A DNA stretch of 64,000 nucleotides. Source: Paludibacteraceae bacterium (GTDB lineage Bacteria > Bacteroidota > Bacteroidia > Bacteroidales > Paludibacteraceae). The stretch lies in NCBI GenBank assembly GCA_045132415.1, contig JBGUSG010000003.1, positions 106,004-170,003 of the forward strand, in the 5' to 3' direction. Position numbers and translations under genes: made by a program. Below, one piece after another: positions 27,290-35,520 of this stretch; the first letter of the stretch is position 1, and the number at the start of each line of letters is the position of its first letter. The notes below the pieces were generated by a model that searched no databases, had not been told where the DNA came from, and saw only the letters and a list, made by a program, of their open reading frames with translations.

Positions 27290-28576
27290 TTATTTATCGC
27301 CTAATTGTATACTAATCAGTATAGGGTCGTGGTCCGCATAGCGGAACATCGTCTTGTCAAGCCGACGCTTGTATCCACGCGAGTAGAAGTAGTCAGCATT
27401 CAGGTGATAGGGGTGCACTGCCTTTACTTGTGCAGCCATTGTTGGAGAAGCAAATGCACGGTCCAGATACCCCGCCTCGCTATGATACACATAGGAATAC
27501 CCCGTTGAATCATATTGCATGAGTACATCTTCATAACCAGCCTGTACGAGTGTTTGAATAGGCTGCTCTTGGCTATAACAGTTATAGTCACCTACGAGCA
27601 GGATATCCTTGTCGCCAAACAACTGCTCTTTCTCAATCTTGTCCAGCATTACCAACAGACTATCCACATTCACCATTCTTTTGCTATTCGACGCATCACC
27701 CGTACCACGTTTCGAACGCAGATGGTTGATGTTCAGTACAAAGCGCTCACCGCTCTTAATCTCCTCAAATCCGCACGCCACCATGCGATAGTGGTAGTGA
27801 CTACTTGGGTCGTGATACCCATATTGTAGGTCGCCATATGGACGCACGCGGTCGGTGCGATAGATATACCCGCAGGAGATGGTGTCGCCATTGCTCCAGC
27901 CCTGCGACACGTATGCATAGCGCGCTTTTTTGGCTCTTTCATTCATCGCACGCACTAACATCTCAGCTGCACTATCGCCCTTTTGTATCTCGCAAATAGC
28001 GTAGATATCGGCATTGATATGCGTGAGCGCCTTGCTGATTTTCTCTGTTTGAATAGCTTGTTGTTCTCTAGTGGTCTTGCGATGTGCATAGCCCCCCAAA
28101 TCATAGAAATAGTTTTGGATATTGGCTGCACATACCAGCAGACCCTTGGGCATCTTGGGTTTTGGCTCGGGCTTGTTATTTTGGAACTTTGGCGTAGCGC
28201 CAGTCACCAGTTTTCCTGGTGCAACCACACGCGCGGTCAGGTTCTTCAATACTGCACCCGTGCGCACTTCATAGTTGCGGATATTGCATGTCAATCGAAT
28301 GATCTGTGCCCTATTTGCCTGCTTGATAGCCCAATATGCGGTGCTGTCGCCCTCTGCCAAACCTGTAGCGCGTTCCTCAGGTACATACAACCGCTCGGGA
28401 GCAAGAATCAGCGAGTCATAGTAGTTGCCACACACATAAAGCGGAGTGGTGATTTGCACCATTTTGCCTACGTATGGCTCCCAACCATCGGCAAATGATT
28501 CTGGAAATTGCACTTTCTCCACGGCAAGTAGCGAGGAGGTGAAAAAGATAGCTAACAATAATACGATTTTGCGCAT
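27290..28576 (-). CDS. secreted endonuclease/exonuclease/phosphatase (EEP) family protein, ExeM/NucH-like
   Basis: 428 aa with a signal peptide. EEP motifs ICEIQ, LVGDYN and DHDPILISI. Confidence 0.75.
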   Translation of the reverse strand: MRKIVLLLAIFFTSSLLAVEKVQFPESFADGWEPYVGKMVQITTPLYVCGNYYDSLILAPERLYVPEERATGLAEGDSTAYWAIKQANRAQIIRLTCNIRNYEVRTGAVLKNLTARVVAPGKLVTGATPKFQNNKPEPKPKMPKGLLVCAANIQNYFYDLGGYAHRKTTREQQAIQTEKISKALTHINADIYAICEIQKGDSAAEMLVRAMNERAKKARYAYVSQGWSNGDTISCGYIYRTDRVRPYGDLQYGYHDPSSHYHYRMVACGFEEIKSGERFVLNINHLRSKRGTGDASNSKRMVNVDSLLVMLDKIEKEQLFGDKDILLVGDYNCYSQEQPIQTLVQAGYEDVLMQYDSTGYSYVYHSEAGYLDRAFASPTMAAQVKAVHPYHLNADYFYSRGYKRRLDKTMFRYADHDPILISIQLGDK

Positions 28577-28722
28577 GAGACTCTGATTTTACAAATATGC
28601 CACAAAGGTACTACTTTTTTGCGAGATATGCAACAATTCTGGCGAATTCGCCTTAATTCTTGACTTTTATTTGTGTATATGCATTTTTTGTAGTACTTTT
28701 GCACAAAATTTCAGATACACAG

Positions 28723-29751
28723 ATGCGCAAGTTTTTCGTATTTTTGATAGGATTGACCACCCTGCTGTTTGCGAGTTGCCGCACTCAGCAAGTGGCGCAG
28801 CTACCCGTTGCAGCACAACCTGATACCACCGTGATTCCCACTTTCCCCGCAGAGCTATTCTACGTGTTGGGCGCACGATGGGAAGCTGATTCTGCTTTGC
28901 AAGACCATACGATAGCCGAGTACATCGAGCAGGAGTTGATACGCCTCTATCCAGAGAAAGCCTATGCAGGATATATCAATCGCCTGTGTGCGTTGACCGA
29001 CAGATTGTTGGTTTCCTCCCAACGAAAACCGATTTTGTTCAATCCCCACAAACAAGAGATTAATTTTTCTTCTGCCGCATCGCTGCGTACCGATTTTGCT
29101 GCGGCATTAGACTCACTTTCGTTGGCAGAAGAGATAGAGGTGCTCGAATTGACGCCTGAAGAGCAGGCGGATTGGAACACCCTGCAATCCCTCGTACATA
29201 GCGAACAGCCCCTTACGCGTGAGGCGTTCGACACGTTGAATCTCGCATTTTTCGAGGAGGAAGATGTGCTGCTGCCATTGCTTTTGTGGCGCGGTCCAAG
29301 GTTGTTCTATCGTGTGCTACAGAGCAAAGCCCGTGCCGAGAAACTGGCGCGCTATTACTATGGCGAAGCTACCAACAATGGCCGTCCTGGCGATGCCTTC
29401 AAGCATATTTATGTCAATGTCCTATTGCGAACATATGTCGGTGAATGGCTATCGCATGCCATCATGGATATTTTTTGGGAATGGAAGAGCCCTAATGCGC
29501 CGTGCGATCACTATATGGACTTGCACAACAATATCATTGGTCGCCAAACGCGCTATGATGAGTTCACGACAATCGACACACAATGTACCGATATGCGGCA
29601 TTGGCTGCAATGGGCGGAAAATGTGCAGCATTTCGTACAAGACTCAGTCAATGGCGACTATCAGGGGTGGAACAAAGAAACACCTACTTTCGTGGTCGAA
29701 CCTGCTGCCAAAAAAGTGAGCAATACCCAGTACATCTATTGGGATAAATAA
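28723..29751 (+). CDS. hypothetical lipoprotein
   Basis: MRKFFVFLIGLTTLLFASC lipobox. The start is moved from 28660 because the -7 box TACTTTTG (28692-28699) lies inside the listed ORF. The C-terminal region has GDAFKHIYVNVLL...DLHNNIIGR, a motif I cannot assign. Confidence 0.6.
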   Translation: MRKFFVFLIGLTTLLFASCRTQQVAQLPVAAQPDTTVIPTFPAELFYVLGARWEADSALQDHTIAEYIEQELIRLYPEKAYAGYINRLCALTDRLLVSSQRKPILFNPHKQEINFSSAASLRTDFAAALDSLSLAEEIEVLELTPEEQADWNTLQSLVHSEQPLTREAFDTLNLAFFEEEDVLLPLLLWRGPRLFYRVLQSKARAEKLARYYYGEATNNGRPGDAFKHIYVNVLLRTYVGEWLSHAIMDIFWEWKSPNAPCDHYMDLHNNIIGRQTRYDEFTTIDTQCTDMRHWLQWAENVQHFVQDSVNGDYQGWNKETPTFVVEPAAKKVSNTQYIYWDK

Positions 29752-29823
29752 GATGGTTTGTTGCAGATGCCAATCCATTAAAAAAGAGAAACGATAACGA
29801 AACACCTTCATTATCGCCTCCAG

Positions 29824-30212
29824 TGGAGATAGCGGGATTCGAACCCGCGTCCAAACAAGGAACCAATATGCTTTCTACACGCTTATCTTGGCCTTAATTT
29901 TCGAGCAATGGCAAGACCCAAGCCACCAACCATTGCCTTATCTGCTGTTATCTCATTCTTGCATCGCAGCCTGCAACAACCAGTCCCGATATTTCCGCAC
30001 CGCTTAACCCATTCAGCCTCTGGACGTTGGCTTGGAGCGATGTCTCGGTTCAGCACCTTGTGCCGAAACTAGGCGAATCTACTATACTTCGATTACGCAG
30101 CGAGAGCTACAGTATTGTTGCCAGTTATAATGGCGAACCCGATTAACGAGCGGTGTTCATGCTCGGCGTGCTTACATACCTGTTCTACCTGCTGTCAAAA
30201 CCAAATATCCCC
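29824..30212 (-). ncRNA. ssrA: tmRNA (SsrA)
   Basis: 5' GGGGATATTTGGTTTTGACAGCAGG... and 3' ...CGCGGGTTCGAATCCCGCTATCTCCA form the tRNA-like domain. Predicted tag frame: GGC AAC AAT ACT GTA GCT CTC GCT GCG TAA = (G)NNTVALAA. A -7 box TACTTTTG lies ~25 nt upstream (minus). Confidence 0.85.
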
Positions 30213-30331
30213 TTATAAAACAGTTTGCGACTGCAAAAGTAGTGCTTTTTTGTGACTTACGCAAGAATTTGGTGCAAAAACACCCGTTTATCGTTATTTT
30301 TCTTCACTTTTTCGCCTTGATATGCCTTTTC

Positions 30332-31144
30332 TTACCACTTTCGACGAATAAGACCTCCAAAAAGTGACAGGAGAATATACATCGGATACAACAACTCCAA
30401 CAGCAGCGCATCCCACCAACCCACACGCTTGTCGCGGCGTTTGATCATACCATATTCAATCGGGAATTTCACCAATACCACCACAGGACATACCAACTGC
30501 AACATATTGACCAACAACACAATAGCGCCACACTTGAGTATATCACCATCCGTGTATTTAGGTGCTTTTCCCGCCCAACGCATGCGCTGTTTCACAAAGG
30601 CACGCCACGAGGTATGCGGACGAACTATCGCCTCATAGCAAGGGTCATCCATCACTCCTATTTTCAATCCACGACGCTTAAACGATTCCAGCAGAAACAT
30701 ATCATCTCCGCTCGGTATCTCTGGGTGCAAATCAGCATACGACTCCAGCCATCTATCGCGCTTGGCTATCAGATTCGCCCCGCTGCACATCACCGCATGC
30801 CCCCGTTTCGCCGTCTCAATAGTCAGTTGCTGAATCGCTGCATACTCCGCTATTTGCAACCGCTCCAACAGCGATGGCTTCTCACGCTCCGACTCCATCC
30901 GCAGCGGCAATATCACCAAATCCTCGTCTGATAGTGTAGCGGTCATACTTCCGACAGCGCAGCGGTCTGACAGCACAGCGGTCTTGAACACAACATCATC
31001 ATCTTGCATCCACACATATTCCGTTTGGGCAGCCGTGATAAGCCGATAGAGGGCATGTTTCTTGCCTTTGCCTTCATCGTTAATCCCCCGCTGCGGAATG
31101 ACAATGCTGATATGCGTATGAGTAGATGCCATTTGCTTGCCCAT
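30332..31144 (-). CDS. glycosyltransferase family 2 protein
   Basis: ISIVIPQRG..., DDD, and the QRMRWAGK (QxxRW-like) motif, followed by C-terminal TM helices. The start is moved from 31216 to ATG 31144 because a -7 box (31165-31172, minus) is inside the listed ORF. Confidence 0.7.
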   Translation of the reverse strand: MGKQMASTHTHISIVIPQRGINDEGKGKKHALYRLITAAQTEYVWMQDDDVVFKTAVLSDRCAVGSMTATLSDEDLVILPLRMESEREKPSLLERLQIAEYAAIQQLTIETAKRGHAVMCSGANLIAKRDRWLESYADLHPEIPSGDDMFLLESFKRRGLKIGVMDDPCYEAIVRPHTSWRAFVKQRMRWAGKAPKYTDGDILKCGAIVLLVNMLQLVCPVVVLVKFPIEYGMIKRRDKRVGWWDALLLELLYPMYILLSLFGGLIRRKW

Positions 31145-31267
31145 CAAGAAAGTTAAATGATAATTCCGTTTGCAAAGGTACAGAAAAAAATGCACAAATA
31201 CAAAAAAAACGAGCAAAAGTTTATTTTTAGGCTCGTTTTCTCTGTATTTGGGCTGCGTAGGGTGGCA

Positions 31268-31366
31268 GTAGCTTCGAGGTGGGCGAGTACCTTATGGTAC
31301 GAGGTCGGTGCCCTCGAAGGTACAACCTTGCCACTCTACGTTAGGACGAAGTCCGCACATACGCAA
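31268..31366 (+). repeat. intergenic module F2 (paralogue of F1)
   Basis: GTAGCTTCGAGGTGGGCGAGTACCTTATGGTACGAGGTCGGTGCCCTCGAAGGTACAACCTTGCCACTCTACGTTAGGACGAAGTCCGCACATACGCAA. It contains the nested hairpins CTTCGAGG/CCTCGAAG and GTACC/GGTAC. Confidence 0.7.
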
Positions 31367-31430
31367 GCAGGTGAGTATATTTTTACCCAAAACTTGCCTA
31401 TTGTTTGCCCTTTATATGCCACCTACATAC

Positions 31431-31485
31431 ATTGGAACCTCATTGGAACCTGATTGGAACCTGATTGGAACCTCATTGGAACCTC
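31431..31485. repeat. tandem array T3: 5 x 11 bp ATTGGAACCT(C/G)
   Basis: ATTGGAACCTC ATTGGAACCTG ATTGGAACCTG ATTGGAACCTC ATTGGAACCTC, with an exact 11-bp period. Confidence 0.9.
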
Positions 31486-31556
31486 GTCGAATAATTACCG
31501 ATACTTCAAGCCATAATCACCGAGAGATCATCCGTATAAAAATTACCAATCAAAAC

Positions 31557-31787
31557 CTATTTCCGTTTGGGATTTTTGGGAAACCAACCACGTGTGCCCG
31601 TGTCGTACTGAAATTGCTGTCCCCAAACATGGTTCAAGATATCCTCGCGCGAGCATATTTGGTCAGCGTTCTGCGCCAAGTATTCGAGCAACCGAAACTC
31701 AATATTGGTCAGTCGCACAACCTGCGCACGACGCATCACACAATGCGCAGAACTGTCTATGACTATGTCAGCAAAACGATATTTCAT
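31557..31787 (-). CDS. orphan OmpR/PhoB-type winged-helix DNA-binding domain, apparently C-terminally truncated
   Basis: MKYRFADIVIDSSAHCVMRRAQVVRLTNIEFRLLEYLAQNADQICSREDILNHVWGQQFQYDTGT matches a Trans_reg_C domain up to the wing, then ends in unrelated RGWFPKNPKRK. Own -7 box TACTTTTG (minus, ~31810-31817). The start is moved from 31892. Confidence 0.5.
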   Translation of the reverse strand: MKYRFADIVIDSSAHCVMRRAQVVRLTNIEFRLLEYLAQNADQICSREDILNHVWGQQFQYDTGTRGWFPKNPKRK

Positions 31788-31881
31788 CAAAGATGGGTGA
31801 TTTAACGGGACAAAAGTACTGTGTTTTTTTTGAATATGCAAGTTTTGTACGTATTTCCTTGCGTATGTGCATTTTTTGTTG

Positions 31882-31889
31882 TACCTTTG
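31882..31889 (+). promoter_or_regulatory. -7 box TACCTTTG driving E2
   Basis: GCGTATGTGCATTTTTTGTTGTACCTTTGCAACG, the same cassette as at recJ, lpxC and rpsO. Confidence 0.65.
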
Positions 31890-31949
31890 CAACGTGAAAC
31901 AAACACCAAAAGATTTTTATGAATAAACAGATAGAATCATAACCAAACT

Positions 31950-32178
31950 GCAACGCATAGCCGTTGCCCGACATATTTAATATAGCGTTATAAGCCAAAC
32001 TTGAGTTTTTGAAACTTCGACACTTTTAAAAACTTATTATTTGTTCAAGTCACGGTTTATGCACGCTCACGTTATCAGCGTGAGTTTTCTGTGCGTAAAT
32101 TTGAACAAATAAGGTAGTCGAAGACCTCAAAAACTCAAATGAAGCGAACGAAAGTTCACGCTTTTTGTATGTATATAT
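31950..32178 (+). ncRNA. E2: second copy of the structured element family
   Basis: P1 GCAACG-CATAGC-CGTTGC. Stems TTGAGTTTTTGA/TCAAAAACTCAA, CTTCGAC/GTCGAAG and TTATTTGTTCAA/TTGAACAAATAA. Apical CTCACG-TTATCAG-CGTGAG. Terminator AGCGAACGAAAGTTCACGCTTTTT at 32143-32166. Confidence 0.55.
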
Positions 32179-32374
32179 GAAATACGTAAACAATAGATAC
32201 GTAGTATAAAGATATCATCATGATCTAAACAAAAAAAGATTCTGTACAAAAAAAGTATAAATTATTGATAAACAATTGTTGTAGTCATCCTTTTCTGTAC
32301 AAAAGCTAAAAAGTTTTTATATATCAAAAAAAAGCAGTACCTTTGCAAGAAGTTTCAGAAAACAAGATTCGCTT

Positions 32375-33841
32375 ATGAAAAGAAATCTAATTGTATTATT
32401 GGCATTGTTGATATTCGTGACCTACGTGCCCATTTGGGCGCAGTCTATCACATTAACCAAAGAGTTTCAGACGATGCCGAATGTAAAAGCCTCAGAGGTT
32501 TATCGCAACCAGTTTGGCAATTACGAGATTGTGGGTGCAGATGATCCGTTCCCATATGTGGTTATTCGTATAGGTTTGGATGGCAACAGCAAGGATATAG
32601 AGGATGCTAAGGAGCGATTGAATATTTCGCTGGGGCGAATGGTGAAAGTGGAGAGTGTGTTTAAAGAAGCGAGAAATGAGTTGCTATTTCTCATTCCTTC
32701 GCGTGCTCGCTATATTGAAATGCAATGCAATGGCGAGTGTTTGCCACAAATGATGTTTGATAGTTTGGTACATCTGCAATCTAATACCGTATTTTATGGT
32801 CGCGTGCACTACGTTATGCAAGACGATATGCGCGATCCAAACCAGTTAAAGACATATCCGTTTGCTCTGACCGTAGAACCTGCTGAGGCAAAAGTAGAGA
32901 TGCGTTCGGGGTTTATGACGGAGGAGTGGAAATTGGAGAATGGTACTGCGCAGCAATTGTTGATAGAAGGAACATACTACTATACCATTACGGCAGAGGA
33001 TTATAAGACAGCCGAAGGGTCTTTTGTGGTGGATTCGTTGCACAAAGACACCGCGATAGCTTTGGTGCCCAAATTTGGTTGGTTGAGCGTGAAGAGTGAT
33101 AGTGCAGACTTGTCAGGTTTGTCGCTTGAGGTGGAGTATTTGAAGCAGAAACAAGTGGTAGAATTGCCATTGGAGAATGAGAAATGTGGATTGGGGCAGT
33201 ATGTGCTGACCATAAAGAAACCGAAATGCCATACTTGGAAGAAGAAAGTGGTGGTGCATGCAGGAGAACATGTGGAGGTGTATCCTGCGCCCCTGAAAAA
33301 GGAGTATCGTCATAATACTTTTGTGTTGGCTGAGGGTGGATATGCGATGAATCCTGCATGGAGCGTAGGTTTGATGGCAGGACAAGTGTATGGTGAGGTG
33401 ACGCGAGTAATGGGAATAGGTTGGTATGTGAAAGGTCGTTCTAACTTCCAAACAACAAAAGCGATAGAGGGACTGCATATCAATAACGGAGGATTGATTG
33501 GAATAACAAGTCCGTTGATGCCAGCGTACACGGGAAGAACGCGTTTTACGGAATGGAATCTGAATGCAGGTGTAGTATTGAACTTCCTGAACAAGAAAGC
33601 GCTTAATCTCCACAAGAACAGTATGTTTGGTCTGTATGCGGGTTTGGGATATGGCCAATATACTCGTTATTGGGAGATTGTTGATGGGCGGTGGTTTGAA
33701 TATGCGCCAACATCTGTTCAAGGATTGAGTGTAGGCGGTGGTGTGATAGGAAGTATAAAAGGACTGACAATCAGTGCAGGTGTGAACACCATTATGGCAA
33801 AATACATGGAGATTGAAATGGGATTGGGATGGACATTTTAA
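32375..33841 (+). CDS. secreted hypothetical protein (PEGA-like middle region, beta-barrel-like C-terminus)
   Basis: 488 aa. Signal peptide MKRNLIVLLALLIFVTYVPIWAQ, GTYYYTITAEDYKTAEGSFVV (PEGA-like) and a Gly/aromatic-rich C-terminal third. Own -7 box at 32338-32345. Confidence 0.6.
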   Translation: MKRNLIVLLALLIFVTYVPIWAQSITLTKEFQTMPNVKASEVYRNQFGNYEIVGADDPFPYVVIRIGLDGNSKDIEDAKERLNISLGRMVKVESVFKEARNELLFLIPSRARYIEMQCNGECLPQMMFDSLVHLQSNTVFYGRVHYVMQDDMRDPNQLKTYPFALTVEPAEAKVEMRSGFMTEEWKLENGTAQQLLIEGTYYYTITAEDYKTAEGSFVVDSLHKDTAIALVPKFGWLSVKSDSADLSGLSLEVEYLKQKQVVELPLENEKCGLGQYVLTIKKPKCHTWKKKVVVHAGEHVEVYPAPLKKEYRHNTFVLAEGGYAMNPAWSVGLMAGQVYGEVTRVMGIGWYVKGRSNFQTTKAIEGLHINNGGLIGITSPLMPAYTGRTRFTEWNLNAGVVLNFLNKKALNLHKNSMFGLYAGLGYGQYTRYWEIVDGRWFEYAPTSVQGLSVGGGVIGSIKGLTISAGVNTIMAKYMEIEMGLGWTF

Positions 33842-33855
33842 AAAGGAGAAATAAT

Positions 33856-35103
33856 ATGAAAAAGATATATCAATATATAGTTGTTGGACTGTTGGGCTGC
33901 CTCATGATGGCTGCTTGTCAGCGTGAAGAATTGCCCCCATTAACGGAAGTGATGATCGATAGTTTGGTCATTGTACCTGCGTATGTGGATGCAGAAGTAG
34001 TGTGTAAGTTTCGCTCTAGTGTTACGATAGAAAATGCTATGCTCTTTTTATCAACAGATTCCAATTTCACTAGTGTAGAAAAGATAATGTTGAATAGGCA
34101 ACCGTACAACCAATTCACGGGAAATTTGACTAACCTTATTGATGGAATGACTTATTATGTTCGCTTTAGAATCTCAAATACTTGGTCAGAGCTGCTTGTT
34201 GATGAAACAACGGAGTTTACGACTTATCCTATTTCTACACCAGTTATGGATGCTACAGTAATGACGGATCTTACTTTCAATAGTGCTATCATCAATAGTA
34301 AGATTATACGAAGCGGCGGCAAAGACGTTTCTCGTCGTGGTGTGGTTTATGGTGTAGCAACTAACCCAACAATAGAAAATGCCACAAAAATAGAAATTTT
34401 TGATTCAAAGGCATCTTTCTCGTGTTTCTTGGGTGGTTTGGATAAAAACGTAGTATATTACGCACGACCATTTGCAGCAAACGAATTGGGTGTGTCGTAT
34501 GGTGAGGAAGTATGTTTTGAAGTAGATACTTTGTGGGATGGCTATGATTTAGGATTGAGTGTGAAATGGGCACATATAAATATTGGAGCTACTTATCCAG
34601 AAGAAGCAGGTGATTATTTTGCATGGGGCGAAACCGAACCTAAAATAGAATATACCTGGGCTAATTATAAATTTTGCAATGGTTCTCCTGGAGGTATATC
34701 AAAATATAGCACTCGTGTAGATAGTTTAGAGGTACTTGAACCTCAGGACGATGCTGCAACTGTAAATTGGGGTGGAAAATGGCGCATGCCAACGAATGCG
34801 GAGATAAGTGAATTATTAGAAAAATGTAAATGGCAATGGAAGGAAATAAATGGAGTTGCTGGATATATGGTATCTTCAAATCGACTAGGTGGTAAAAGTA
34901 TATTTATCCCTGTCGCAGGACATAAAGAGGGTAGTAAGCTAATCGAATACAACAGTTATGGTGCTTATTGGGGGAATACGCTCATGTCGAATACAGATGC
35001 TGGATACTTAAGGATGCTCCCTAAGGATTATTCTCCAACCGCTGACAGGATGAATGCTTCGCGTTACCAAGGAATGCCTGTGCGTGCGGTTTGTCCGAAA
35101 TAA
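33856..35103 (+). CDS. lipoprotein with DUF1566/Lcl-like C-terminal domain
   Basis: MKKIYQYIVVGLLGCLMMAAC lipobox (start moved from 33829). The C-terminus FAWGETEP...WGGKWRMPTNAEISELL...YWGNT resembles the DUF1566 / Fibrobacter-paralogous domain. Confidence 0.6.
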   Translation: MKKIYQYIVVGLLGCLMMAACQREELPPLTEVMIDSLVIVPAYVDAEVVCKFRSSVTIENAMLFLSTDSNFTSVEKIMLNRQPYNQFTGNLTNLIDGMTYYVRFRISNTWSELLVDETTEFTTYPISTPVMDATVMTDLTFNSAIINSKIIRSGGKDVSRRGVVYGVATNPTIENATKIEIFDSKASFSCFLGGLDKNVVYYARPFAANELGVSYGEEVCFEVDTLWDGYDLGLSVKWAHINIGATYPEEAGDYFAWGETEPKIEYTWANYKFCNGSPGGISKYSTRVDSLEVLEPQDDAATVNWGGKWRMPTNAEISELLEKCKWQWKEINGVAGYMVSSNRLGGKSIFIPVAGHKEGSKLIEYNSYGAYWGNTLMSNTDAGYLRMLPKDYSPTADRMNASRYQGMPVRAVCPK

Positions 35104-35209
35104 AGTGTATGAATATCATGTTAGAGTGGAAAAGAAAGCAGAAATTGCTGACTTTTCCACTTTTTTTGTAAAAATACTCTCAGCACTTGCATATGTGCAT
35201 TTTTTTTTG

Positions 35210-35217
35210 TACCTTTG
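35210..35217 (+). promoter_or_regulatory. -7 box TACCTTTG, probable promoter of the small-ORF-rseC-rnf operon
   Basis: GCATATGTGCATTTTTTTTTGTACCTTTGCGCG. I see no other consensus box before rnfB. Confidence 0.6.
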
Positions 35218-35260
35218 CGCGTTTTTTGCAAAGCAAAAGGAAAATGCCAAAAATTAAGGC

Positions 35261-35455
35261 ATGACGAGCGAAGAGAAACAACAATACCAAAAAGACTTGT
35301 TGCGCGGTCTTGAGTTAGCGGAGTATCGTATGCTTCGCGATAAAGCGATGCATAACGAGACAATCATTCAAGGTGATGGCAATGGCGGTTGGCGTGAGGT
35401 TTCGGCTCGCGAGGTGTTTGTGAAATTGTACAACGAACCTGTGCCAACATTCTAA
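35261..35455 (+). CDS. small hypothetical protein (64 aa)
   Basis: ATG ~45 nt after the -7 box, with normal composition (MTSEEKQQYQKDLLRGLELAEYRMLRDKAMHNETIIQGDGNGGWREV...). No recognisable family. Confidence 0.45.
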   Translation: MTSEEKQQYQKDLLRGLELAEYRMLRDKAMHNETIIQGDGNGGWREVSAREVFVKLYNEPVPTF

Positions 35456-35459
35456 TACT

Positions 35460-35489
35460 GTTTAGAGGACGCATCGCTACTGTTTAGTG
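35460..35489. repeat. word-hairpin-word mini element (G2)
   Basis: GTTTAGAG-GACGCATCGCTACT-GTTTAGTG. Confidence 0.6.
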
Positions 35490-35520
35490 AACGGGCAAAG
35501 CCCTACAGAAGAAAAGGAAA

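Noticed and set aside
29752-30331. A genomic island integrated at the tmRNA gene.
   Set aside because: There is no integrase nearby, no duplicated copy of the ssrA 3' end (GGTTCGAATCCCGC occurs once), and the flanking genes are ordinary envelope and glycosyltransferase genes.
31431-31485. Whether the tandem arrays (2442-2496, 31431-31485, 47653-47707) or the A-family word arrays are CRISPR arrays.
   Set aside because: The units are 11 bp and contiguous with no unique spacers. The A-family spacers are 7-14 nt and themselves repeated. No cas gene or leader is present anywhere in the window.
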